Assembly (NCBI GenBank): GCA_965216755.1
Contig: CBDCGL010000011.1
Location: 3,317,536 to 3,381,535, forward strand
Direction of reading: 5' to 3'
DNA length: 64,000 nucleotides
Source: Alphaproteobacteria bacterium
GTDB taxonomy: Bacteria; Pseudomonadota; Alphaproteobacteria; UBA7887
A model generated the notes under the pieces. It was not told the DNA's origin. It did no database searches and saw nothing but the letters and a program-made list of their open reading frames with translations. Positions 49,780 to 57,966 of the stretch are shown one piece after another (the first letter of the stretch is position 1; the number at the start of each line of letters is the position of its first letter). The position numbers and the translations under genes are program-made.

Positions 49780-51672
49780 ATGATGACCCTGTGTTTCGTC
49801 GATAGTCTGGACGGTGTGCATCGGGCCCAGGCCATCGCCAAGGACTGCGTGCTTGCCAGCGATAATCCACTTCTGGCGCATGATCCCGCCGTGGCTGGGC
49901 GCATCGACGATACCAGCCGATATCTGGATCAGCGTGCCGCGACGCGGCTGGGCCATCGCGCCATAGATATTTTGTTGGCTATCGATGAGGCGTTAGAGAA
50001 GCATGATGCGGCGGCTCGGTATGGCGGACGAACCAGCCCCGTCAATGTCACAATCGTCATGCGCGCATTGTTGGCCACGTTGATGCAGCGGGGCACCATG
50101 GCCGCGGCGGCGGCGCGCGCCAACGGCGATGGCATGCTCCACATCATGGGTCTTGACGCGCCGCGCTGGATGGTGCGCCATCCGTGGACTCTACCGCGCT
50201 TTGCCTCGCCCTTGCGGCCGTTGGCCGAACACGGCTTCTTCGGCAATCGCCGATGGCGGTTCGACCCGGTGGCCACGACCGTGCCGGCGGCGGTCAATGA
50301 CACCGCCGTCGACGATCCCTTGTTGCGCGCGCGCGTATTGCCCATGTCGGTGTTGGCCTATGAAGCCGCGCATCGTATCGGGTTGACTCGCATCGGTTGG
50401 CGGCGCGGCGTGGCGGTCGGCAAATCCAGCGAAGCGTTGCGCGAGACGTTGCCGTGGCTTGCCCTGCGCGGCCACCGGTTGGCCCGTTTCAACGTGCCGG
50501 ATTACGCAGGTGCCGCGCCCCCCAGTTACGATGTCGAACCGACGATCGACCCATGGTTGAACAGACTTGTCGCCCCCATCGTGGCGCGTGGTGCCACGGT
50601 TGACGGTTTGCTGTCAGCGGCCGAAGGTCATGCGATCGGCCGCACTTTTATGGTCTATTTGAGTGCCGGTATGGCGTCATTGGCGCAGACGGTCGCGCGC
50701 TTGGACCAAGCCCTGGAAAACAGTTTCAACGGTTACGATCGTCGTCGGGCTTTGGTGACCAGCGGCATCTATGGTCCCATGGGCACGCAGCTTCACGCGC
50801 TTTGTCGATCGCGTCGCGTGCCTGTGATCGATTTCGAGCATGGCGCCACGACGGGCTTGGCCCATACATCTGAACGTCGCCTGCGAGTTTCGGAAGCCAG
50901 CAGTTGTGACTTGTTGGCGGTGTCTTCGGATCGCGCGGCGGGCTCGTTTCGCAAAGCGCGCCGCGATGATAGGCCGCGCATCCAGGTGATCGGTTTGGCC
51001 GATCAGACCAGGCGGGTTTTGGGGCGTGGTCTACAGCGCCAGCGCGCGCGCCGGCGCCTGGGACTTGGACCCCGTGATGTTGCGGTCATGCATATCTCGA
51101 CATTGCTGTATGGCGGCAACATGCGGCCGGGCGATGACAGTCCCACGGAAAGTTATGTGTTTGAAACGGAAAAAACGCTGTTAACCGAGGTCTATGGCGA
51201 TAACGGCAAATCGGTTCTATTCAAACCCTATCCGACCCAACGATTCGTTCACCAACCATCATATGACATGCTGTTCGATTTGCCGCCTGGTGTGCGATTG
51301 ATCGATTGGGCGGACTTCCGTTATGTGCGCGCCGCCGCCGATATCATTGTCACCGGGGCCAACAGCAGCACCATCGGGTGGTGCGTTGGCGCGGACGTCC
51401 CGTTGGTGCATCTCGGTTCACGGATCGTCCACCGCCTGGTCGATGATGCCTTGGCAGATGCATTCCGCGCGGCGTTTTTTTGTGTCGATATGGATGCGGC
51501 CGACTGGCCGACACGGCTGCGCGACCTGTTAGGGCACGAGCTGTCGTGGTTTCAGGATGGCTGGCGGGAAATGCGCGCGGCGCGGCGGGCGCTGTTAACC
51601 GAAGGGATCGTTGGTCCGCAAGGGTCGGTGGGGCGCCGCGCGGCGCGGTTAGTCGAGGCAAGTCTTGCCTGA
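49780..51672 (+). CDS. uncharacterised 630-aa protein; third member of the KpsC/S-like paralog set (candidate nonulosonate transferase)
   Basis: C-terminal VLFKPYPTQ ... DIIVTGANSSTIGWCVGADVPLVHLG, the same pattern as 32946..34148 and 46097..47677. No other recognisable domain by eye. Confidence 0.35.
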   Translation: MMTLCFVDSLDGVHRAQAIAKDCVLASDNPLLAHDPAVAGRIDDTSRYLDQRAATRLGHRAIDILLAIDEALEKHDAAARYGGRTSPVNVTIVMRALLATLMQRGTMAAAAARANGDGMLHIMGLDAPRWMVRHPWTLPRFASPLRPLAEHGFFGNRRWRFDPVATTVPAAVNDTAVDDPLLRARVLPMSVLAYEAAHRIGLTRIGWRRGVAVGKSSEALRETLPWLALRGHRLARFNVPDYAGAAPPSYDVEPTIDPWLNRLVAPIVARGATVDGLLSAAEGHAIGRTFMVYLSAGMASLAQTVARLDQALENSFNGYDRRRALVTSGIYGPMGTQLHALCRSRRVPVIDFEHGATTGLAHTSERRLRVSEASSCDLLAVSSDRAAGSFRKARRDDRPRIQVIGLADQTRRVLGRGLQRQRARRRLGLGPRDVAVMHISTLLYGGNMRPGDDSPTESYVFETEKTLLTEVYGDNGKSVLFKPYPTQRFVHQPSYDMLFDLPPGVRLIDWADFRYVRAAADIIVTGANSSTIGWCVGADVPLVHLGSRIVHRLVDDALADAFRAAFFCVDMDAADWPTRLRDLLGHELSWFQDGWREMRAARRALLTEGIVGPQGSVGRRAARLVEASLA

Positions 51673-52702
51673 AACCCGCGCCATCCGGATCGGCGACCGG
51701 GTGATCGGGCCAGGACGTCCCTGCTTCGTCATTGCCGAGATCGGCATCAATCATGGCGGGGATGAACATGTCGCGGCGGCGCTGATCGAGGCGGCGGCCG
51801 GGGCCGGCGCCGATGCGGTGAAGTTTCAAACCGTGTTGCCCGACGAAAGTTATCAGCCTGGCACCGACTCGTACGCCGCCTTTCAAGGATCTGTGCTGAG
51901 CGTAGCGGCGATGCAGCGGCTGAATGCGCGCGCCGAGTCACTGGGTATTGTGCCGTTTTCGACACCCGGCGGATTTGGCGCCTTGGATTTGATGGTCGAA
52001 TCGGGCATGGCGGCGATCAAGATTTCGTCGGGTCTGTTGACCAATGGTCCATTGATCGAACGTGCCGCCGCCACGGGGTTGCCGCTGGTCCTGTCGACGG
52101 GTATGGCCGCCTGGGACGAAGTTGAGGCTGCGATCCGCACCGCGGAACAGGCCGGCGCCCACGAATTGGCCGTTCTGCAATGTACGTCGCTTTATCCGGC
52201 AGCGGCCGAAACACTCAACCTCCTTGCTATGACAACAATGGCGCAATCAATCGAATATCCGGTTGGCTATTCGGACCATCATCCCGGTCACCTGGCTGTC
52301 GTGGCGGCGGCCGCGCTGGGCGCCAACGTGATCGAAAAGCATTTTACCTTGGATGCCGCGCGATCCGGGGCGGACCATGCGATTTCCGCTGAACCCGACG
52401 CATTCGCTAATATGGTCGCGGCGTTGCGTCAAGTGGAGGTGATGCGCGGCGATGGCGTGAAGGAACCGCGCGCCGCAGAGCGGGCATTGCGCGATGCGCG
52501 CCATCGCTACTTGGTGGCCGCGCGTGGAATCGTTGCTGGCGCGGAGTTTGCCGCAGAGGACATCGCCTTGTTGCGTTGCCGGCCCGGAGTCGGCCGGCTT
52601 CCGGCCAATGCCTATCACACGGTCATCGGTGCGCGTGCACGCGCCGCGATCGCCGCCGGCACGGCCCTGGACGCGACGATGATCGAACGGCGCGGCGGCT
52701 GA
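51665..52702 (+). CDS. NeuB-family nonulosonic acid synthase, copy 3 (PseI-like)
   Basis: FVIAEIGINHGGDEHVAAALIEAAAGAGADAVKFQ NeuB signature. Start uncertain: TTG 51665 overlapping the upstream stop, or an internal GTG. Confidence 0.85.
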   Translation: MPETRAIRIGDRVIGPGRPCFVIAEIGINHGGDEHVAAALIEAAAGAGADAVKFQTVLPDESYQPGTDSYAAFQGSVLSVAAMQRLNARAESLGIVPFSTPGGFGALDLMVESGMAAIKISSGLLTNGPLIERAAATGLPLVLSTGMAAWDEVEAAIRTAEQAGAHELAVLQCTSLYPAAAETLNLLAMTTMAQSIEYPVGYSDHHPGHLAVVAAAALGANVIEKHFTLDAARSGADHAISAEPDAFANMVAALRQVEVMRGDGVKEPRAAERALRDARHRYLVAARGIVAGAEFAAEDIALLRCRPGVGRLPANAYHTVIGARARAAIAAGTALDATMIERRGG

Positions 52703-52713
52703 CCGTGCGCGTG

Positions 52714-53739
52714 ATGATCACCGCCGCCGGCGGCGCATTGGCAACCCAGACGATTGCGTGCGCCAAGACCAGTCAGCGTTATGCGATCGATGTGGTTGCG
52801 GTGGATTTGGATGACATGGCCCTTGGTCGTTACGCGGCGGATATTTTCGCCACGGTGCCGCGCGGCGATGCGCCTGGCTATGTTGACCGGGTCTGCGCGT
52901 TGGTCGCGGCGCACGACGTCGAATTGGTGCTGCCCTGCTCGGATGAAGAAGCCCTGGCCTTGGCGGCCGAACGCGCGCGCCTGACCGCATTGGGATGTGC
53001 GCTCGCCTGCGCCGATATCGAGACCTTGCGCCTGATGGCCGACAAAGGGCGCGCCTATCAGCAATTGCGCGCCGCGGGCCTGCCGGCACCGGACGGCCGC
53101 TTGGTCAAAACCGCAGCTGCGCTTGATGATGCGATTGATGTCTTTTTCCGCCGCGAAGGTGCGTTTGTTGTCAAACCGCCGTCCGGCTCGCGCGGCGGCC
53201 GCGACACGTTTATCATCCACCAAGACGTGCGCGGCGCGCGGCCGTTTTTCGGCGCGCGCGAATTGGAGATGGATTTCGATACATTTCGAAGCGATTTTCG
53301 ATCCCGGGCGTTGGAACGCTTGCCGGTCTTGGTCTGCGAACGCTTGGTGCCGCCGGCTTACGATGTCGATGTGCTGGCACGCGACGGGGTTGCTTTGCGC
53401 GCCGTGCCGCGACGGCGCCTAAATCCGGCCGGCGTCCCCTATCGCGGTTATGTGGTCGAAGCGCGGGACGATCTGGTCGATTTGGGCCGGCGCACGGCGG
53501 CGGCGCTCAACCTGTCATGGTTGTATGATTTCGATGTCATGCTCAGGACCGACGGCACGCCGGCCATTCTGGAACTCAATCCGCGCCCAAGCGGCAGCTT
53601 CGCGACCGCGATCGTCGCCGGACAACCGTTGATCGACGATTTGGTGGCTTTGGTCAAAGGCGACGAGATTGGCGCCGCGCCACCGCTGCCACACAGCCTG
53701 ACCATTGTTCCCGAGACGCTGTTGAAGGTGGTCAACTGA
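52714..53739 (+). CDS. ATP-grasp domain protein
   Basis: Three-domain ATP-grasp pattern (pre-ATP-grasp Rossmann; central GAFVVKPPSGSRG; C-terminal LELNPRPSGS). Start ATG 52714 or GTG 52705. Confidence 0.65.
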   Translation: MITAAGGALATQTIACAKTSQRYAIDVVAVDLDDMALGRYAADIFATVPRGDAPGYVDRVCALVAAHDVELVLPCSDEEALALAAERARLTALGCALACADIETLRLMADKGRAYQQLRAAGLPAPDGRLVKTAAALDDAIDVFFRREGAFVVKPPSGSRGGRDTFIIHQDVRGARPFFGARELEMDFDTFRSDFRSRALERLPVLVCERLVPPAYDVDVLARDGVALRAVPRRRLNPAGVPYRGYVVEARDDLVDLGRRTAAALNLSWLYDFDVMLRTDGTPAILELNPRPSGSFATAIVAGQPLIDDLVALVKGDEIGAAPPLPHSLTIVPETLLKVVN

Positions 53740-53768
53740 CCCACACTGTTGGCATCGTTCAAGCTCGC

Positions 53769-55760
53769 ATGGGATCGACCCGACTCCCCGGCAAGGTGTT
53801 GGCCGATATCGGCGGCATGCCGGCGATCGGGCACCTGCTGCGCCGCGCCGGGCGGGCCCGGCAGGTTGACGCTTTGTGGCTGGCCTGTAGCACGGCCGCG
53901 GCCGATGATCCGTTGGCGGATTATGTGCGTGGCCTGGGTGTCTCGGTTTTTCGCGGCGACGAACACGACGTGTTGAGCCGCTACGCCGCGGTCGCGGCGG
54001 AGACTCGTGCCGATGTCATTGTGCGGCTGACCGGCGATTGCCCCTTGATTGATCCGGCCGTGATCGATGCTGTGGTGGCACGTTTTCACAGTGCCGATGT
54101 CGATTTCGCTTCGAATACACTCCAGCGCAGCTATCCCGACGGTCTCGATGTCGAGGTGTTTGGCCGTGACGCTTTGGCGCGCGCCGATCGCGAAGCGCGT
54201 GATCCGTTCTTGCGCGAGCATGTCACGCCCTATATTCATGGTCGCCATAAAGAACGCCTGCCGTGGGGCTATTTCAGCCATGACCAGGTTGTTTTCGAAG
54301 CCGACTTCAGTCACCTGCGGTGGACGCTGGATACGGCCGCCGACTTGTATTTTTTGCGCCGTTTGGTCGAACGCGCCGGTGCCAAGGCCAGCTGGCTGAC
54401 ATTGCTCGCCGCGTCGAGCCAGTCGCCGCCGCTCTATCACAGTGTGCCGGCCGTGCCGACCGCAGTCCGCCAACCACGCACATTCGAACAGTCCAACCGA
54501 ATGTTCGAACAGGCCTCGCGGGTCATTCCACTTGCCAGCCAAACTTTTAGCAAGAGTCACCAGCAATGGGTGCGCGGCGCCGCGCCGCTGTTTCTGACCC
54601 GTGGCGACGGCTGCCGCGTGTGGGACATCGACGACAATAGCTATATCGATTTCGTCCTCGGCTTGCTGCCCGTGGTGCTTGGCTATCGCGACCCAGACGT
54701 TGACGCTGCGATCCGCGATCAGCTCAACCAGGGCATCACGTTTTCGTTGCCCCATCCGCTCGAAGCCGAGGTTGCCGCGCGTTTGGTTGATCTCATCCCG
54801 TGTGCGGACATGGTGCGCTTCGGCAAGAACGGCTCGGACGCGACGACGGCGGCCGTGCGCCTGGCGCGTGCCCATACCGGCCGCGACAAAGTCGCCTTAT
54901 GTGGCTATCACGGCTGGCATGACTGGTATATCGGCACGACCACGCGCGGCGATGGCGTGCCCGCCCCGGTGCGGGCGCTCTCGCATGTCTTTCCCTACAA
55001 CGATCCGCAGGCCCTCGACGACGCTCTGGCGGCGGACCCGGACGGTTTCGCGGCGGTGATATTGGAACCCGTTGGTGTGCAGACGCCGGCGCCGGGATTT
55101 CTTGATCATCTTCGCGCCGTGACCGCTCGCTATGGCGTCGTGCTCATTTTCGACGAGATCATCGCCGGATGTCGTGCCCACATGGGTGGCGCCCAGGCTG
55201 TTTATGGGGTGACGCCGGATCTGGCCGCGTTTGGCAAAGCCATGGCCAACGGCATGCCGCTGTCGGCCGTTGTCGGCCGTCGCGATATCATGATGGGCAT
55301 GGAAGAAATATTTTTCTCGGCAACGTTTGGTGGCGAAACTTTATCCCTGGCCGCCGCGCGCGCGACACTGGACAAACTCGTGCGGCTGGACGGTCCCGAT
55401 CGGCTGGCGCGCTTGGGCACCGACTTGGCCGACCGCGCCAATGCCCATTTCGCTGCGCACGGTCTAAATGAATGGCTCGGCATTGCCGGCGCCGCGTGGT
55501 GGCCGCGTTTGGCCATCACGGCGCCACCGGTGCCCATGAATGTGATGGTCAGCCTGCTGCGTCAGGCGTTCGTCGCCAATGGTCTGTTGCTCGGCGCCAG
55601 CCTTAATCTGTCGCTGGCGCACGACGACACAGTCGTGATCACGCATGTGGACCAGGCGTTCAACAGTGCGTGCGCGCAAGTGCGGGCCGCGCTCGACAGT
55701 CGCGACCCGGCCACGCAGGTACACGGCGCGTTGGTGCAACCGACCTTTGCCGTGCGATGA
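53769..55760 (+). CDS. fusion protein: N-terminal acylneuraminate cytidylyltransferase (PseF/SpsF-like) plus C-terminal class-III (glutamate-1-semialdehyde aminomutase-like) PLP aminotransferase
   Basis: N-terminal (IVQAR)MGSTRLPGKVL CTase motif. C-terminal class-III aminotransferase pattern (GITFSLPHPLEAEVAARL ... FDEIIAGCR ... ). The reading frame is open upstream of ATG 53769, so the true start may be an unusual codon. Confidence 0.75.
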   Translation: MGSTRLPGKVLADIGGMPAIGHLLRRAGRARQVDALWLACSTAAADDPLADYVRGLGVSVFRGDEHDVLSRYAAVAAETRADVIVRLTGDCPLIDPAVIDAVVARFHSADVDFASNTLQRSYPDGLDVEVFGRDALARADREARDPFLREHVTPYIHGRHKERLPWGYFSHDQVVFEADFSHLRWTLDTAADLYFLRRLVERAGAKASWLTLLAASSQSPPLYHSVPAVPTAVRQPRTFEQSNRMFEQASRVIPLASQTFSKSHQQWVRGAAPLFLTRGDGCRVWDIDDNSYIDFVLGLLPVVLGYRDPDVDAAIRDQLNQGITFSLPHPLEAEVAARLVDLIPCADMVRFGKNGSDATTAAVRLARAHTGRDKVALCGYHGWHDWYIGTTTRGDGVPAPVRALSHVFPYNDPQALDDALAADPDGFAAVILEPVGVQTPAPGFLDHLRAVTARYGVVLIFDEIIAGCRAHMGGAQAVYGVTPDLAAFGKAMANGMPLSAVVGRRDIMMGMEEIFFSATFGGETLSLAAARATLDKLVRLDGPDRLARLGTDLADRANAHFAAHGLNEWLGIAGAAWWPRLAITAPPVPMNVMVSLLRQAFVANGLLLGASLNLSLAHDDTVVITHVDQAFNSACAQVRAALDSRDPATQVHGALVQPTFAVR

Positions 55761-56233
55761 CCGTGACCCTACGCCGCGCCCTGGCCACGGATCGCGATCA
55801 GCTCTTGGCTTGGGTCAACAGTCCGGATTCCTTGGCTGGCAAGCTACGAACCATGGGCCCCATCGCGGCAGCCGACCACGCACAATGGTTCGCGGCGCGC
55901 CTCGCGGATGACGACTGCATGATTTGGATTATCGAGCGAAACGATACCGCCGTTGGCCAAATCCGCCTGGAAAAAGATGACGTGGGCCATGCCGTTGACA
56001 TCTATGTCGTAGCGGCCGCACGGCGCCATGGCTGTGCGGTGTCGGCACTGCGCCAAGCGCTCGACATGCATTTCGCGGGTCGGCCGGACAGTCGTGTGGT
56101 TGCGCGGATCAAACCGGACAACATCGCGTCACGACGCCTGTTTGAACGCGCCGGGTTTCAGCTGACGGCGGATGGCGACGATCATCTGATTTACGCGCTA
56201 CGGCCGCCCAAGATCGCGGGGGATGTCCCATGA
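55757..56233 (+). CDS. GNAT family N-acetyltransferase (PseH-like)
   Basis: 158 aa; GNAT core (IWIIERNDTAVGQIRLE ... AARRHGCAVSALRQAL ... RLFERAGF). ATG 55757 overlaps the upstream stop (ATGA). Confidence 0.75.
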   Translation: MTVTLRRALATDRDQLLAWVNSPDSLAGKLRTMGPIAAADHAQWFAARLADDDCMIWIIERNDTAVGQIRLEKDDVGHAVDIYVVAAARRHGCAVSALRQALDMHFAGRPDSRVVARIKPDNIASRRLFERAGFQLTADGDDHLIYALRPPKIAGDVP

Positions 56234-56904
56234 CCGCGGCCGTGATTGTCGCCCATCCCGACGACGAGGTTCTGGGCTTCGGTGGAGTCATGGCTCGCCA
56301 TGCCGATGCGGGTGAGGCGGTGCATGTGATGTTTTTGGCGACCGGCCTCGCGGCCCGTCATGAGACCAACACGGTTGACGCTGGCGCCCTGGCGGCGCTG
56401 CGCGATCAGGCTCGTGCGGCCGCAACAGTATTGGGCGCACACCCACCTGACTTCGCTGATTTTCCGGACAATCGCATGGACAGCGTCCCATTGCTCGACA
56501 TTGTCCGCGCCGTCGAAGGTTTTCTCACCGCGCATACGCCAACCACCGTCTACACCCATCACGGCGGTGACCTGAACATCGACCACGCTGTTGTTGCGCG
56601 CGCGGTACTGACCGCCTGTCGGCCGCTGCCCGGTGGGTCGGTTCGTGCGCTCTACGCGGGTGAAGTGCTGTCTTCAAGCGAGTACGGTCACCCTGACGCC
56701 CGGTTTGTGCCCCAGCGTTATGTCGACATTGATGCGCAATTGACGCGCAAATGTCAGGCCCTGCAATGCTACCATGACGAGCTGCGGTCATGGCCGCATC
56801 CGCGATCCGTCGCGGCCGTGACCCATTGCGCGCGGCTGCGTGGCAGCGAATGCGGTGTGCCGGCAGCCGAAGCATTTCAACTTATCCGTGCGGTCGAGAT
56901 TTGA
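56230..56904 (+). CDS. PIG-L/LmbE family N-acetylglucosaminyl deacetylase
   Basis: AHPDDEVLGFGG N-terminal zinc-binding motif, HHGGDLNIDH. Confidence 0.85.
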   Translation: MTAAVIVAHPDDEVLGFGGVMARHADAGEAVHVMFLATGLAARHETNTVDAGALAALRDQARAAATVLGAHPPDFADFPDNRMDSVPLLDIVRAVEGFLTAHTPTTVYTHHGGDLNIDHAVVARAVLTACRPLPGGSVRALYAGEVLSSSEYGHPDARFVPQRYVDIDAQLTRKCQALQCYHDELRSWPHPRSVAAVTHCARLRGSECGVPAAEAFQLIRAVEI

Positions 56905-56953
56905 ACCTTTGCATGTTGCGCTGCCGCAAATCCTCTGGGCAATTTGGTCGGGA

Positions 56954-56965
56954 CCGAGTAGGGTG
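56954..56965 (+). promoter_or_regulatory. ops-like element (CCGAGTAGGGTG) in the 117-bp leader upstream of the FabH-like gene
   Basis: Shares GTAGGGTG with 21110-21117 and the GTAG..TG core with the exact ops at 23100. Confidence 0.3.
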
Positions 56966-57021
56966 CGCGGCTGTCCGATGACTTATTTGTCTAGTCAGAG
57001 CCGTCGAAGAGGATTGTCAGC

Positions 57022-57942
57022 GTGATTGGTTTGGGGCCAATCGCGTATGAAATCCCGCGCCGGCGTATCGCGAATATCGATCGCCTAACGGCGTTGAACG
57101 CGTCGGAGCAGCTGCTGCATGACAAGATCGGCGTTATGGAAGTAGCGCTTAAAGAGCCCGATGACGAGTCGTCCGATCTGTGTGTCAAAGTCGCGGACAA
57201 GCTATTCGCCAGCGGCGTGATCGAACCAGCAGACGTCGAATGCGCGATCGTTGTCACCCAAAATCCGGATGACCACGGCTTGCCACACACCTCGGCGGTG
57301 GTTCACGACAAGGTCGGTTTGCCGGACCGTTGCGCCGCCTTCGACATTTCACTGGGATGCTCCGGGTTTGTTTATGCGTTGTCGGTGATGCGGGCGTTCA
57401 TGGTCGAGAATGACCTGCGCCGCGGTCTGCTGTTTACCGCCGATCCCTATTCCAAGGTGATCGACCCGACGGATCGCAATACGGCGATGCTGTTTGGCGA
57501 TGGCGCGGCGGTGACGCTGATTACGGACGAACCGACATGGATTCCCGGCAAGTTTGATTTCGGCACGCGCGGCGCGGCGCGCGACACTTTGCGGGTGCAG
57601 CCGGATGGCAAGCTTTTTATGAACGGCCGGGCGGTGGCGCAGTTCAGTGCCACCGAAGTCCCCCGCAGCATCGAACGGGCGATTACCGCCAACGGTCTGA
57701 CATTTGACGATATCGACCGGTTCGTGTTGCACCAGGGGAGCCGTTACATCGTTAACGCCATTTCCAAGCGCCTGGGGATCGAAGACCGCACGGATTTCAC
57801 CGCGCAGGAATTTGGCAACACGGTGTCGTCGTCGATTCCGATCGCCCTGGCGCGGGATTTGAAAGCCGAAGACCGGCGCGTTCTCATTTCCGGTTTCGGT
57901 GTCGGCTTGTCGTGGGCGACAACTGTTCTTGAGCGGGTCTAG
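57022..57942 (+). CDS. 3-oxoacyl-ACP synthase III (FabH-like KAS III)
   Basis: 306 aa; FDISLGCSGFVYAL active-site Cys, HQGS and NTVSSSIP His/Asn regions. GTG 57022 preceded by GAAGAGGA SD. Confidence 0.8.
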   Translation: MIGLGPIAYEIPRRRIANIDRLTALNASEQLLHDKIGVMEVALKEPDDESSDLCVKVADKLFASGVIEPADVECAIVVTQNPDDHGLPHTSAVVHDKVGLPDRCAAFDISLGCSGFVYALSVMRAFMVENDLRRGLLFTADPYSKVIDPTDRNTAMLFGDGAAVTLITDEPTWIPGKFDFGTRGAARDTLRVQPDGKLFMNGRAVAQFSATEVPRSIERAITANGLTFDDIDRFVLHQGSRYIVNAISKRLGIEDRTDFTAQEFGNTVSSSIPIALARDLKAEDRRVLISGFGVGLSWATTVLERV

Positions 57943-57966
57943 GCGCGATCCGTCAATCAACCTGAA

